Part shown: piece after piece, positions 9,996-20,307 of the stretch
Position numbering within the stretch: position 1 is the stretch's first letter
Layout of the letters: each line of letters starts with the position of its first letter
NCBI GenBank assembly: GCA_037190965.1
Contig: JBBCKI010000034.1
Location: 68,519 to 132,518 of the forward strand
Source of the DNA: Chthoniobacteraceae bacterium
GTDB lineage: Bacteria > Verrucomicrobiota > Verrucomicrobiia > Chthoniobacterales > Chthoniobacteraceae
Direction: 5' to 3'
DNA: 64,000 nt
Made by a program: the position numbers and the translations under genes
Notes under the pieces: model-generated
What the model was told of the DNA's origin: nothing
Databases searched by the model: none
Seen by the model: only the letters and a program-made list of their open reading frames with translations

Positions 9996-12863
9996 ATGAA
10001 CTCGCACATCTTTGCCGCGTCCGACGACTTCGTCTCTCTCTTCGAGCGCGTTTTCGATGTCGCTGTCGTCGGGGCGGGACTCATCGGTTTTGCCGCCGCG
10101 AGGGCATTGGCAAAGACCGGGGTTTCCGTGTGCTGGTTAGAGCCTTCCGGCGACCTGCTATGGGAGGTCTCCCGGGCCCTGGAAAACCGTTGCGCCACAG
10201 GGAAATCCTCGGCGGACTTGGAGCAGTGGCTCGATTCCCTGAGGGAATGGGAAGGTGTGCGCAATGGGTATTTCGACGCCGCATTGGCGGAGATTGTTGC
10301 CGCTCGCGAGGCGGTGGCGTTGCGTCCACGCGTGGCCACTTTGTTTTATGCCGTTCCTGTTGCCGTGGAGCGTGTGGGCGAAGACATCGCCGCCGTCACT
10401 TTGATGACCAAGGGCGGGGCGCGGCCGGTTCGGGCGCGTCAATGGATCGACACCACGGAAACCGGGCAACTGGTCTCCCTTTGCGATCCGCAATCGACAG
10501 GTCAGGCGGGTCGGGAACCTTCGGCTTGTTTCGGGAGCATCGCCCTGCAATCGGCAGAGTGGGCGGAGTTTGAGCCGAAGTTGCAAAAGTTTTTGGGAGA
10601 CCGGCCCGGAGTGCAGTTGCATCCCTCGGCGCGGATCAGCGAACGCCGCCTGATGATCCCCAACACCCCTGGTTCTTCGTGGCATCAGCGGGTCACCCAA
10701 GAGGTTGAGGCTCTACGCCAGGAATTTCCGGAGGCGAAGATTCTTGTCAGTCATATCTCCCTTCGCGACCTGCCTGTTTACCTCGCCACGGAGAACGCCC
10801 CTGCGGTTGAGCTTCCGTCCAATCTGCTTGTCCTCAGCCCGGCATGGAGTTCCGACCGGTTTGAGACGGCGGGCGACCGCTTTGCGGAAGGGACGACGGC
10901 TCCGGCGCGGTTGAAGCATCTTTCCCGGCTGGAAGGGGAGTTGCCGGTATTTGCCGCTGCAAATGCGATCTCCCCGGCCACCGAAGAGGTTTCCTGCGAC
11001 GTTCTCGTTGCGGGAACCGGCACGGCGGGAACCGTCGCCGCGATTGCCGCCGCCCGCTCGGGGGCGAAAACGATCGCCCTGGAGCTGGCTTCCTTTCCCG
11101 GTGGGATCGGAGCCGGAGGCGGTATCAGTATCTATTTTCACGGCGCTTCGGGTGGCTTGCAGGACGAGCTCGATGCCGCGACGGCACAGATTTCCGCGCT
11201 CCTCGGCGCCAAGTCCAGCACCGCGTCATGGCATCACGACGCGAAGAAGCTAGCCATCCGCGATCGGTTCGACGCGGCTGGTGTCGTCTTTCATGGCGAG
11301 ACCCTGCTCTGCGGGGTGGATCGCGACGACGCGGGGAATGTTCTTTCGGTACTCGCCGCAAAAGAAGGGAGGGTGGTGCGGTATCGTGCCAAGGCATTTA
11401 TCGACAGCACCGGCGATGGTGATTTGTGCGTGCTGGCCGGGGCGGATTCCGTCAAGGGACGTCCCGGGGATGGGCGGACGCTTTCTTACAGCCAGGTCTC
11501 GCTCTTCATGAAGGAAAGTGAGGGCGCTTATTCCATCGGCATCCTCAACTATGACGCCGGGTGGGCCGACGCGACCGATCCCGAAGATTTCACCCGCGCC
11601 CGTCTCGAAGGGGTGTCGCTGCATCTTTATGGAGACTGGCCGGTGGAAGACCGCCCGTTCCTCCTTTCCCCGCTTCTCGGGGTGCGGCAAACCCGCCACA
11701 TCATCACCGACGTGCAGATCACGATGGACGATCTGATTGTCCGCAGTCGGTTTGATGACGCGGTAGGCCGCGCGGAAGCCATCGCCGACACGCATTCGGT
11801 CGACTACGAGTTCGAGTCGGACGACATGCTTTTCTATCTCTGGGTGTGCCGCAGCTTTTCCTATCCCTTGCAGACCGAGCTTCCCTACCGGATGCTCCTC
11901 CCGCAGGGGCTCAATAACGTCTGGGTGGCATGCCGGGCGGCAGGGGTGGATGTCGATGCCTCCTATTGCGTCCGGATGCAAAGAGACATGCAGCGGCTCG
12001 GCGAAGTGGCCGGGGTCGCCGCCGGTCTGTCAGTCAAGGGAGAGAAGGATACACGCCATCCGGATTGGGAGAATTTGCGGGAGGCATTGGAGAGATCCGG
12101 TGCCTATCGAAAGACCGCGCAGCCTGAGCATTCCCAGCCCACGGACGACGAGCTGTTGGCGCGCCTTGATTCCGGGGAGAGTGGCATACACCTTTGGCAA
12201 TTGTCCCGCCGGGCCGACCTGCGTGATGACGTTGTATCGCGCCTGCGCTCGGTTTCGCCCTCGGTTACTTTTTACGCGGCTGCCGTTCTTGGCTTCCAGG
12301 GAGATTCCCGGGCTGAAGAGCGCCTGTTGCAGGCCATCAAGCATCGTGAAATCGGGGAGCGGCACAACCCCAAGGCAAGCCTCGGAGCATACGGGCAGGT
12401 CGTCGATATTCCTTTCTGGTTGCAGGCGGTCGCATTGCTGCGTCAATGCGGCACTCCTTGCTGCCTCCCGGTGTTGGACGGGTTGATTTCGACCGACAAC
12501 CCTTTCAATGTTCGCACTCTTGCCGCATTGACGTTTGAGCGCCTTGCGGGGCGATATGGCCGGTTGCCGGGGATCGAGGCTGCCGTTGAGTCGCTGCTGG
12601 CCACCGAAGACGTTTCGAGTTCTCAACTCGCCCCCTCGCGCTCTCTTTGGAAGACGCTTCACGGAGAGGCGCAAAGCTTCGCGGCTTCATGGGGTGTTGA
12701 CGCCCGGCAAGACCATTCCTGGCAGCTTTGCCTGATCGCCGTTCGCATTGCAAATCTTCTGGGAATGGAGTTCCCTGCCAAGGCGCGTCGCTACCTGCGC
12801 GATCCTCGCACCTATGTTCGCGAAGCTTTTGTGATCCATAGCCCCAAACCTTCCTCCCTATGA
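9996..12863 (+). CDS. Multidomain FAD-dependent oxidoreductase (tandem FAD domains + HEAT-like tail)
   Basis: Two Rossmann starts (DVAVVGAGLIG; DVLVAGTGTAG), each followed by IDxTxxG, plus GVRQTRHI, LPYRMLLP and GEVAGVAA; helical C-terminus. Confidence 0.8.
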   Translation: MNSHIFAASDDFVSLFERVFDVAVVGAGLIGFAAARALAKTGVSVCWLEPSGDLLWEVSRALENRCATGKSSADLEQWLDSLREWEGVRNGYFDAALAEIVAAREAVALRPRVATLFYAVPVAVERVGEDIAAVTLMTKGGARPVRARQWIDTTETGQLVSLCDPQSTGQAGREPSACFGSIALQSAEWAEFEPKLQKFLGDRPGVQLHPSARISERRLMIPNTPGSSWHQRVTQEVEALRQEFPEAKILVSHISLRDLPVYLATENAPAVELPSNLLVLSPAWSSDRFETAGDRFAEGTTAPARLKHLSRLEGELPVFAAANAISPATEEVSCDVLVAGTGTAGTVAAIAAARSGAKTIALELASFPGGIGAGGGISIYFHGASGGLQDELDAATAQISALLGAKSSTASWHHDAKKLAIRDRFDAAGVVFHGETLLCGVDRDDAGNVLSVLAAKEGRVVRYRAKAFIDSTGDGDLCVLAGADSVKGRPGDGRTLSYSQVSLFMKESEGAYSIGILNYDAGWADATDPEDFTRARLEGVSLHLYGDWPVEDRPFLLSPLLGVRQTRHIITDVQITMDDLIVRSRFDDAVGRAEAIADTHSVDYEFESDDMLFYLWVCRSFSYPLQTELPYRMLLPQGLNNVWVACRAAGVDVDASYCVRMQRDMQRLGEVAGVAAGLSVKGEKDTRHPDWENLREALERSGAYRKTAQPEHSQPTDDELLARLDSGESGIHLWQLSRRADLRDDVVSRLRSVSPSVTFYAAAVLGFQGDSRAEERLLQAIKHREIGERHNPKASLGAYGQVVDIPFWLQAVALLRQCGTPCCLPVLDGLISTDNPFNVRTLAALTFERLAGRYGRLPGIEAAVESLLATEDVSSSQLAPSRSLWKTLHGEAQSFAASWGVDARQDHSWQLCLIAVRIANLLGMEFPAKARRYLRDPRTYVREAFVIHSPKPSSL

Positions 12864-14164
12864 AACTCTCTTTTTCCAAAGCAGCCCTCGGTCTCCTTTT
12901 CTCCGTTTACTCGCTGGTCCAAACCAATGCTTTTGAGTTGAAGCAGGGCGACCTCTGGGTCATGGCGGGGGATAGCATTACCGCCCAACGCCTGCACAGC
13001 AACTATATCGAGGCGTTTTTGCGGACGCGTTATCCCGAACTGGGCCTTCAGTTTCGCAACGCGGGTGTCAGCGGCAATCGCGCCGCTGACCTTCTCAAGC
13101 GTTTCGATTATGACGTCGCCGCATGGAAACCGACCGTCGTCAGCATTGAATTGGGAATGAACGATACGGCAGGCGCGGCCCCTCTCGAAGCCTATGTCAC
13201 GGACATGAAAGAGCTGGCCGTAAAACTGAAGGCGCTTAACGTCAGGCCGATCTTCATTTCTTCGTCGCCGGTCAACGACGGCAGTCTGACGGTGGGCTGG
13301 ATCTCCGAGCGCAACCGGAATATCCGGCGCTGGACCGACGCTTTGCAGGAGATGGCCCAAAAGGAGGGAGTGCCCGTGATCGACCAGTACGGGCACCTGG
13401 TTGATTTCTGGGGGAAAAACCAGATCCTTCTCGATGCCACGCGCCTTGCCGACCGCGCAAAGCTCCTTCAACCTACAGAGAAGATCTCCGGGCTGGCCGA
13501 GTTGCAGGCTTTCGCCAAGGCATGGGCTCCCGAACGCCCCGGCATTGCGTTGGGAGGGGACGCGGTTCATCCCGGCCCCATCGGCCAATACACCATGGCC
13601 GCGGTGATCCTGAAGGAGTTGGGAGTTGATCCGGAAGTGAGTTCCGCCACGTTGAATGCCAATGGAACGCTTGGGGAAACCCGTCGCTGCACTATTACCG
13701 AAATTTCCTCCAGCCCCGGGGAGCTTTCCTTTACCCGGCTTGACGAACGGCAGCCCTGGCCCATCGCAAAAAAAGACCTTCCTGACGTCTTGAAGATCAT
13801 GCCGGAGATCACCGAGCTTTCCCGCTACATGCTTTGCGTCAAGGGGCTTCCTGAGGGAAGCTACTCCATCAGCATGGATGGAGAGCCGGTCACCACAGCC
13901 TCCCGGCAGCAACTTGAGGAAGGCATCAACCTGGGCGTCACTGAAGTTGGGCCGATCGCCAAACGAGCCCAGCGGATCTACGACACGATTGACGGACTGC
14001 AAGCCTACTTCAACCAGCAGTGGCGGAACGCGAGCAAGGAAGGGGATCGTGAGAAACAGGCGGCCGTTGCCTTGCAGATCGAGGAGAAGGAAACGCTTCT
14101 TCGACAGCTTTCCCAGCCCGAAGCGATCCGGTATCGCATTGTTCGCGAGGAGGTTGCGAAGTAG
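12860..14164 (+). CDS. Secreted SGNH/GDSL hydrolase (carbohydrate esterase-like)
   Basis: Signal peptide; GDSIT, NAGVSG, GMND and DAVHP blocks. Confidence 0.88.
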   Translation: MKLSFSKAALGLLFSVYSLVQTNAFELKQGDLWVMAGDSITAQRLHSNYIEAFLRTRYPELGLQFRNAGVSGNRAADLLKRFDYDVAAWKPTVVSIELGMNDTAGAAPLEAYVTDMKELAVKLKALNVRPIFISSSPVNDGSLTVGWISERNRNIRRWTDALQEMAQKEGVPVIDQYGHLVDFWGKNQILLDATRLADRAKLLQPTEKISGLAELQAFAKAWAPERPGIALGGDAVHPGPIGQYTMAAVILKELGVDPEVSSATLNANGTLGETRRCTITEISSSPGELSFTRLDERQPWPIAKKDLPDVLKIMPEITELSRYMLCVKGLPEGSYSISMDGEPVTTASRQQLEEGINLGVTEVGPIAKRAQRIYDTIDGLQAYFNQQWRNASKEGDREKQAAVALQIEEKETLLRQLSQPEAIRYRIVREEVAK

Positions 14165-14268
14165 TTAGGGGGTTTTATACACGGCGGGAGGAGCCTCGGG
14201 GAGGTGACCTGCACGCACTTTTGAGGACGGCTTGCAGCGCGTCATTCCATCGGGCAGGATCGGGCCCC

Positions 14269-14865
14269 ATGCCGTTTCATTCTTTCGTTCAGGACGGGGA
14301 GGGTTGGAAGACGCTCGAAGAGAAGAGGGTCTATTCGAGCCCATTTATGCAGGTGCAGGAGATGAAGGTGCAGACGCCGACCCGCCCTCAAGGGGCACAC
14401 TGGACGGTGGTGCACCGGAAGGCGGCTTGTGTGGTCGTTCCGGTTTTGGAAAACGGCGACTTCCTTCTCATCCGGCAGGAGCGCGTGCCGGTGCGCCAGG
14501 CCTTGTGGGAGTTTCCCGCCGGGCAGATCGACGTCGAGGAGGGTGATTTTGACCGTTCCGTGGCCCGGAATGGCGTTCGGGAGATGCAGGAGGAAACCGG
14601 GTACGAATTGGCCCCAGGCTTCGAAATCATCCGAATGGGCCATTTTTTTACCTCTCCCGGGATGACCGACGAAGTCTGCCATCTGATGCTGGCGCGGGGG
14701 GTGACACCCAGTCCGAAGGGGACGCAGCATGACAAGGAGGAGGCAATCACGGAATGCCGGGCCGTGTCCCCTTCGAAGCTCAAGGAAATGATCGGAGAGG
14801 GCCGGATCTGTGACGCGAACAGCCTTGCGGCTTTTGCCCGGATGGTGGCGATGGGTCTCTTGTAA
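14269..14865 (+). CDS. NUDIX hydrolase (ADP-ribose pyrophosphatase-like)
   Basis: WEFPAGQID...REMQEETGY Nudix box, FTSPG motif. ATG at 14269 preferred. Confidence 0.88.
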   Translation: MPFHSFVQDGEGWKTLEEKRVYSSPFMQVQEMKVQTPTRPQGAHWTVVHRKAACVVVPVLENGDFLLIRQERVPVRQALWEFPAGQIDVEEGDFDRSVARNGVREMQEETGYELAPGFEIIRMGHFFTSPGMTDEVCHLMLARGVTPSPKGTQHDKEEAITECRAVSPSKLKEMIGEGRICDANSLAAFARMVAMGLL

Positions 14866-14899
14866 AGTCCGGTCGGCTCTGTTAGTTTCCGCCTTCCCA

Positions 14900-15712
14900 A
14901 TGACGTTTCTGCAGCGCTTTTTCCAGCTTCGCGAAGAGTCCGATGAGGCCAAGCCGTTCCTCCAGCATCTGGAGGAGCTTCGGTTCATGCTCATCAAGAT
15001 GGGATTGACGCTGGTGGCCTGCATGATGGGCAGCCTCCTTTTCCGGCATGAGCTGGTGCAGATCCTTCAGCAACCGCTGCACAAGGTTGATCCGGAACTC
15101 GTCGCCAAGCTCCAGACGCTGGGGGTGGCCGATTCGATGACGATTTCGTTCCATCTCGCCTTTTACGCGGGCTTGGTGATTTCATTCCCTCTGCTCCTTT
15201 TCTTTTTCGCCCAATTCGTGGTTCCGGCCCTTACCCGAAAGGAAAAGAAGTACGTTTTTCCCGGCATCGCCATCGGTTTTTTCCTTTTCCTGACCGGGGT
15301 GGTTTTTTGCTATTTTTACGTCCTCCCGGAGACATTGAAGTTCTTCAACCAGGATGCCCGCTCGTTGGCGTGGACCCCCACTTGGACGGTGCGCGAGTAT
15401 TTCTCGTTCGTGACACGGATGCTCCTTGCCTTCGGCCTTGCCTCGGAGCTTCCCGTTGCGGTCATGACCCTTGTGGCGCTTGGGTTTGTCTCTTTTGAAC
15501 TTCTCAACCGCACGCGCCCCTACGCCGTTGTGTTGATTCTGGTGCTTGCCGCCATCATCGCGCCGACGCCGGACGTCGTCACCTTCCTTTCGCTGGGCAT
15601 CCCGATGTGCCTGCTTTACGAGGGATGCATCTGGATTGCGTGGGTGATCGATCGCCGCCGCCTGAGGCGGCTTGAACGCGCCGCGGCATTGGAAGAAACT
15701 TCAAATCCCTGA
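14900..15712 (+). CDS. tatC: Twin-arginine translocase subunit TatC
   Basis: HLEELR, FVVPAL..EKKY, FG..ELP, AAIIAPTPD and P..LLYE motifs; six TM segments. Confidence 0.95.
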   Translation: MTFLQRFFQLREESDEAKPFLQHLEELRFMLIKMGLTLVACMMGSLLFRHELVQILQQPLHKVDPELVAKLQTLGVADSMTISFHLAFYAGLVISFPLLLFFFAQFVVPALTRKEKKYVFPGIAIGFFLFLTGVVFCYFYVLPETLKFFNQDARSLAWTPTWTVREYFSFVTRMLLAFGLASELPVAVMTLVALGFVSFELLNRTRPYAVVLILVLAAIIAPTPDVVTFLSLGIPMCLLYEGCIWIAWVIDRRRLRRLERAAALEETSNP

Positions 15713-15714
15713 TC

Positions 15715-17292
15715 ATGACGCGCCGTTGCTTCCCTCCACGCTGGAGTCGGTTTCTGTGGGCCGTCGGCTCGTTGCTCCTGTCATGCGATCCGAGCTTTGC
15801 CGCAGGGGTTCTGAAGCTTGCGGAGGCCGACGAGGCGGCATTGAAAGCGATTGATGAGGTCCGGGCCTCCGAGCCGGGCTTGCCGAGGATCGACGTCCTG
15901 CCTGTTGCCGTTGCGGCGGGGCCGATTTCCCTGACGCTCGGCCGCGCCGTGGAGATTGCCCTCGCCAATAACGCCGCCATGCAGACGCGTCGCGAGCGGG
16001 TGAAGCTCGACGCGCTGGAGCTGGTCGCCATTCGCCGTGGCTATGGGCCCCAGTGGCGGGCGGGCATCACGGCGGTTCGTCGCGAAGTCGGGGTCACGCT
16101 CGACGACTCCCGGACGGCTTCGCAATTCACCGACTCTTTCCAATCGCTCGGTGTCTCCCAGCGGCTTCCCTTTGGCGGGGCGGTTTCCCTCGATTTCGGG
16201 GGCGCTTTTTCGCAGAGGGACAATACCGAGGGGGATTATTCGCCGCGTGCCGTTGTTTCTTTGACGCAGCCGCTGTTGCGCGGCGCGGGTCGTGATCTCC
16301 AGCAGGAGCCGCTTACGGAAGCCAAACGAAATCTTCTCTACTCCCTGCGCGGCTACAAGCTGGCTTCCGAGGACTTTGTCATCGGCGTCATCAACGATTT
16401 CCTGCTCCTCCAGAACCTGCGGGCAAAGATCCGCAGCACCGAGGCGAAACGCGACGCTTTCGACCACCTCATCAAGCGTTCCCGGACATTTTTCGAACTG
16501 GGTCGGGAATCCGAGATCGAAACGCTCCGCGCGACTCAGGAGAGCCTCCTCGTCCAACAGCAGTTGCTGAACCTGGAGCTGGAACTCAAGAACCGGCTGG
16601 AGCTGTTTGCGATCACTTTGAACCTTGGCTCCGGAGCCTCGCTGGAGATGGCGGAGTTCGAGATTCCTTTTCAAAAAGTTGAGCACGAGAGCGAAGAGGC
16701 CGTCCGGCTTGCTTTGCTGGCGCGACCCGACCTCCGGAGCGCCGCCGCCGCCGTGGAAGACAGCGCCCGCAGGCTGAAGTTCGCGAAGCGCAATCTGCTG
16801 CCCGATCTCGGCATCAACTTGAAGGCCAACGCCGCCAACACCGGCGTGCGCACCGGCAGCGGCGTCATCACTGAGGAATATTCGGCGGGGCTCACCTTGT
16901 CGCTGCCGCTGGAGCGTTCCAACGAGCGGCTCGCCGTCTATGGTGCGTTGCAGACGCTCTCGCAGAACGAACGGGCGCTCGAGATGGCGCGGGCGACGGT
17001 CTCCGCCGGAGTCCGCTACGGGGTCAATCGGATCAAGAGTTACGAGAACGCGTTGGAGATCCAGGATTCGATCGTGCAGGCCAGCGCCAAAGGCGTCGGG
17101 CTCGCCGGGTTCCGCTTCGAGCGGGGACAGGCTTCGAATCGGAATGTAATCGACGCCAATACCATTCTTTCCAATGCCGTCAATGCGCGGCTTGACCTCC
17201 GGCTCGCCCACTACATTGCCACCCTGCAATTGCGGCGCGATACGGGACGCCTGGAGGCGATTCCCTCCGGGCTGTTTGTGCAATCCAACTAG
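15715..17292 (+). CDS. TolC-family outer membrane efflux protein
   Basis: Signal peptide, LTLGRAVEIALANN, SLTQPLLRG, ALLARPDL, RNLLPDL, RFERGQAS. Confidence 0.85.
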   Translation: MTRRCFPPRWSRFLWAVGSLLLSCDPSFAAGVLKLAEADEAALKAIDEVRASEPGLPRIDVLPVAVAAGPISLTLGRAVEIALANNAAMQTRRERVKLDALELVAIRRGYGPQWRAGITAVRREVGVTLDDSRTASQFTDSFQSLGVSQRLPFGGAVSLDFGGAFSQRDNTEGDYSPRAVVSLTQPLLRGAGRDLQQEPLTEAKRNLLYSLRGYKLASEDFVIGVINDFLLLQNLRAKIRSTEAKRDAFDHLIKRSRTFFELGRESEIETLRATQESLLVQQQLLNLELELKNRLELFAITLNLGSGASLEMAEFEIPFQKVEHESEEAVRLALLARPDLRSAAAAVEDSARRLKFAKRNLLPDLGINLKANAANTGVRTGSGVITEEYSAGLTLSLPLERSNERLAVYGALQTLSQNERALEMARATVSAGVRYGVNRIKSYENALEIQDSIVQASAKGVGLAGFRFERGQASNRNVIDANTILSNAVNARLDLRLAHYIATLQLRRDTGRLEAIPSGLFVQSN

Positions 17293-17319
17293 ATAGATGA
17301 CGCATCTAGCTTTCTAATC

Positions 17320-18207
17320 ATGAATTCTCGTCTCCCTCGTCTTTCCATTCTCGCACTGGCGGCTTGCGCCTCAACCGGGTTTGCCGAACCCAAGTCTGCC
17401 TCGGAAAAGGGAATACCGATCACGAACACTTTGCCCGAGTCCGCCGTGCTTCAGTATATCGCACCCGAGGGGCGTGTGCGCAGGGGAGAGATCATCGTCG
17501 TGCTCGACTGTAAAGCGGCGGCCCAAAAGAAGCGGGAGACCGAGGCGGCCATTGCGGAAAAGCGCGCCGCCTTGCAGGAGGGCGAGGAGAGCCTGGCGTC
17601 CGCAAAAGGGGAAGGCGCGGCTCGAATTGCGGAGGTCGAGCAGGAAGTGAAAGACGCCGAGCGGGCGCTCAACAAGTACAATGAAGGCGACGGCCCCGTG
17701 GCAGAGTTGGCGTTGCAACTCGCTCTTCATGACGCCGAGGCAGCCTGGAAGCAGCAGTCCGAACGCTTCAATGCCCGCGACAAGCTGCTTGAGGAGGGAT
17801 TTATCCAAAAGGTCGAATACAATAACGAAGAGGTGCTGCTAAAGAGGACAAAGCTTGTCCTCGATTCGGCGAAGCTGAAACTTGCCACCTTCACCAAGTT
17901 CGAGAAGGAGCAGACGGCGGACGAACACGCCCGGACGCTGGAAGCGAAGAAAGTGGCGGTGGAAAAACTGCGGAGCAAGATCGTGGCACTGGAGGTCGCC
18001 TCCGAAGCGGCGGCGGAGAGGATCCGCAAAAATATCAAAGCCTTGGAAGAGGAGCGGGATGCCTGCAACGCGCTCCTTCAGAAAGCCGTCGTCAGAGCCT
18101 TGGGAGACGGCACTTTCGCCCACGGCGATCCCGGTCGCCCGGCGCTGAAAGCCGAACGGGGCGAAGCGGTTTCCGCAGGACAGGTTCTCGGTGTGATCCG
18201 GGAGTAA
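17320..18207 (+). CDS. HlyD/periplasmic adaptor-like protein (lipoyl halves + long coiled coil only)
   Basis: Signal peptide; APEGRVRRGEIIVVLD, long heptad region, closing lipoyl half ERGEAVSAGQVL; ends before the beta-barrel domain. Confidence 0.7.
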   Translation: MNSRLPRLSILALAACASTGFAEPKSASEKGIPITNTLPESAVLQYIAPEGRVRRGEIIVVLDCKAAAQKKRETEAAIAEKRAALQEGEESLASAKGEGAARIAEVEQEVKDAERALNKYNEGDGPVAELALQLALHDAEAAWKQQSERFNARDKLLEEGFIQKVEYNNEEVLLKRTKLVLDSAKLKLATFTKFEKEQTADEHARTLEAKKVAVEKLRSKIVALEVASEAAAERIRKNIKALEEERDACNALLQKAVVRALGDGTFAHGDPGRPALKAERGEAVSAGQVLGVIRE

Positions 18208-18225
18208 CCTTCCCCGGAATCAGAG

Positions 18226-18373
18226 GGTAGTCCGCTCTCGCCGAGAGCGCGGGATCGGTGAAGAGTCGCGTTTGGCGTTCATCCCCGCAGGGCTGTTGAC
18301 TGCGGATGTGGCGTTGCCACGGAGTCGATGCCCACGCTCGGCGGCGCGACGGACCCGCCGGTGCTGCCGCACC
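18226..18373 (-). repeat. GTAG-type REPIN-like palindromic element, family 1 copy 1 (most diverged)
   Basis: GGTAG-TCCGCTCTCGCCGAGAGCGCGGG ... ATCCCCGCAGG ... GGTGCTGCCGCACC; reverse complement of the other copies. Confidence 0.9.
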
Positions 18374-18486
18374 ACTTTGCAGGTCGCGTCTTCGGAAATT
18401 CGCGTAGTCATCTTCGCTTGCCGCGCGGGGTCGCCGGCTGATAAAATCTGCAGCGAACGCTTCCCGTTTTTTTCCTCCTTTCCTTT

Positions 18487-20259
18487 ATGTCGCGATTTTC
18501 TCCTTTTTTTCCACGGCTCCGTAGCGGACTGGCTCTTCTGCTTCTGGCGACGGGAAGCTTCCAGGCCAAGGGCGATCTTGTCGGGAAGGATTCCCTGATC
18601 GTTGGTCCGGTCGGGGACTTTTGGTACTTCAATGAGCAAGTCGGGACAGAGCTTTTTTATAGCCTGGGGTATCGTGGGCAATCGACCGTCATCGCGAACG
18701 TGGAAGCGGGGCATGTCTGGAGCGGTCATGAAGTGTTCGACCGTACCGGCCTCAATGCTTTTCTGGAGTCCCAACTGGGATTTACTGTGAGCCCTGGGAT
18801 CACGCATTATGTGAGTTCTGCGACGGCGAATACCTCTGCCCCCGAGCCGTGGCAGGTGGATTTCCATGCCACCGCTGTCGGGCATGTCCTTGCCGGAACG
18901 GGTTACAACGGCGACGGAGCGCTCACTTATCATGGGATGGGAATGGCACCTTTTGCGGAGCTGTGGTCGGGCTCCATCGCCACCGAGTTTGATCACGTAA
19001 ATATCGGCCAGTTCTCCACCTCCTATGAATCCTTCCTGAAACCGTACAAGACCTTCTTCAATGGAGATCTTGGCCGCAAAGCCGATGTCATCAACAGTAG
19101 CTACGGGTATGAAGACTCTGCGGCCACGGAGCCTGAGACCATGGCGATCGACGGCTTGGCGCGGCAGAATTCCACGGTTGCCATGGTTTTCGCAGCAGGC
19201 AATGAGGGGCCGGGGGCGAATACGGTTGGGGCGGGTGGCACGGCATATAACGTCATCACGGTAGGGGCTCTCGGCGGCGAGGGTTATCGCTCGCCTTCGA
19301 GTTTCACCTCTGAGGGGCCTTCGGATTTTTACAACCCCGAAACCAATGAAACCATCACGGGCGTCCGCGCAACGGTTCATATTGCGGCTCCAGGGGAGGG
19401 ATTTTTTCTCGCATACTACGGAGGCACCGGCGGCAGCGCGATAGGGGATTACCCCGGTGAGACTGATCGCTACCTCGTTGAGGCCGCGGGTACGAGTTTT
19501 GCCGCCCCCGTCGTGGCAGGTGGCATCGCGCTTCTCAAGGATGTCGCGTATAATCCCTTGAATGGCCTTGGAGATGAAGCTTTCGATAGCCGCGTCATCC
19601 GCTCCGTATTGATGGCGGGGGCAGTCGCGACTGTCGGGTGGAACAACGGCCAGACAACTCAGGATGGGGTGATCCGGACCTCCCAGGCGCTCGATTACAA
19701 AACCGGCTCAGGCGCGCTCGATCTGACACGCGCCGCCATGGTTTACGCACTGGGAACCTCCGATGTCGAAGGGCTCGGCGGCGGAAGCGTCGATTTTATG
19801 GGTTGGGATTTCGGCTCCGTGAGCCTCGGCGGGCACAACGATTATCTTTTCAATCAGTCCTTCGATACCTTCGATCAACCTATAGAGCTGACGATCTCGT
19901 TGAACTGGTTTGTGAATCGTTCGTTCGACAACGATACCGATATCGCCAGCGAAGGGAGCTTTGCCAACCTGAACCTGGAGATCTGGTCCGTCACGGAGGG
20001 TGTCTTTACAAATCTCGTCGCGATTTCCGAGAGTCTTTACAACAATTCCGAGTTCCTGAGATTTACCCTCGACGCCGGAGAAGAATACGGCTTCCGCGTG
20101 ACTTTCGATGGGGTGGTCTATGATATTCAGAACGATCTCTTGAGTGAACAGTATAGCGTCGCCTGGATGGCCATTCCCGAACCCTCCACCTGGGCGCTGC
20201 TGGCGCCGGTGGTGATGATTGGCTTTGTCGTTCGCCGCCGCAGGGTCGTAAGGAGTTAG
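18487..20259 (+). CDS. S8 subtilisin-like serine peptidase with PEP-CTERM sorting signal
   Basis: Signal peptide; HATAVGHVLAG, FAAGNEG, GTSFAAPVVAG; C-terminal IPEPSTWALL-TM-RRRR. Confidence 0.9.
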   Translation: MSRFSPFFPRLRSGLALLLLATGSFQAKGDLVGKDSLIVGPVGDFWYFNEQVGTELFYSLGYRGQSTVIANVEAGHVWSGHEVFDRTGLNAFLESQLGFTVSPGITHYVSSATANTSAPEPWQVDFHATAVGHVLAGTGYNGDGALTYHGMGMAPFAELWSGSIATEFDHVNIGQFSTSYESFLKPYKTFFNGDLGRKADVINSSYGYEDSAATEPETMAIDGLARQNSTVAMVFAAGNEGPGANTVGAGGTAYNVITVGALGGEGYRSPSSFTSEGPSDFYNPETNETITGVRATVHIAAPGEGFFLAYYGGTGGSAIGDYPGETDRYLVEAAGTSFAAPVVAGGIALLKDVAYNPLNGLGDEAFDSRVIRSVLMAGAVATVGWNNGQTTQDGVIRTSQALDYKTGSGALDLTRAAMVYALGTSDVEGLGGGSVDFMGWDFGSVSLGGHNDYLFNQSFDTFDQPIELTISLNWFVNRSFDNDTDIASEGSFANLNLEIWSVTEGVFTNLVAISESLYNNSEFLRFTLDAGEEYGFRVTFDGVVYDIQNDLLSEQYSVAWMAIPEPSTWALLAPVVMIGFVVRRRRVVRS

Positions 20260-20307
20260 GCAGGAATCCAAGGGTGCCGAGCAATAGCTCGGGGTGTATG
20301 GAAAAAA

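Noticed and set aside
15781..17283. 500-aa minus-strand ORF opposite the TolC gene (likewise 47254-48813, 2630-3943, 24546-25871, 38232-39446)
   Set aside because: Stop-poor antisense frames typical of high-GC genes, with no recognisable motifs.
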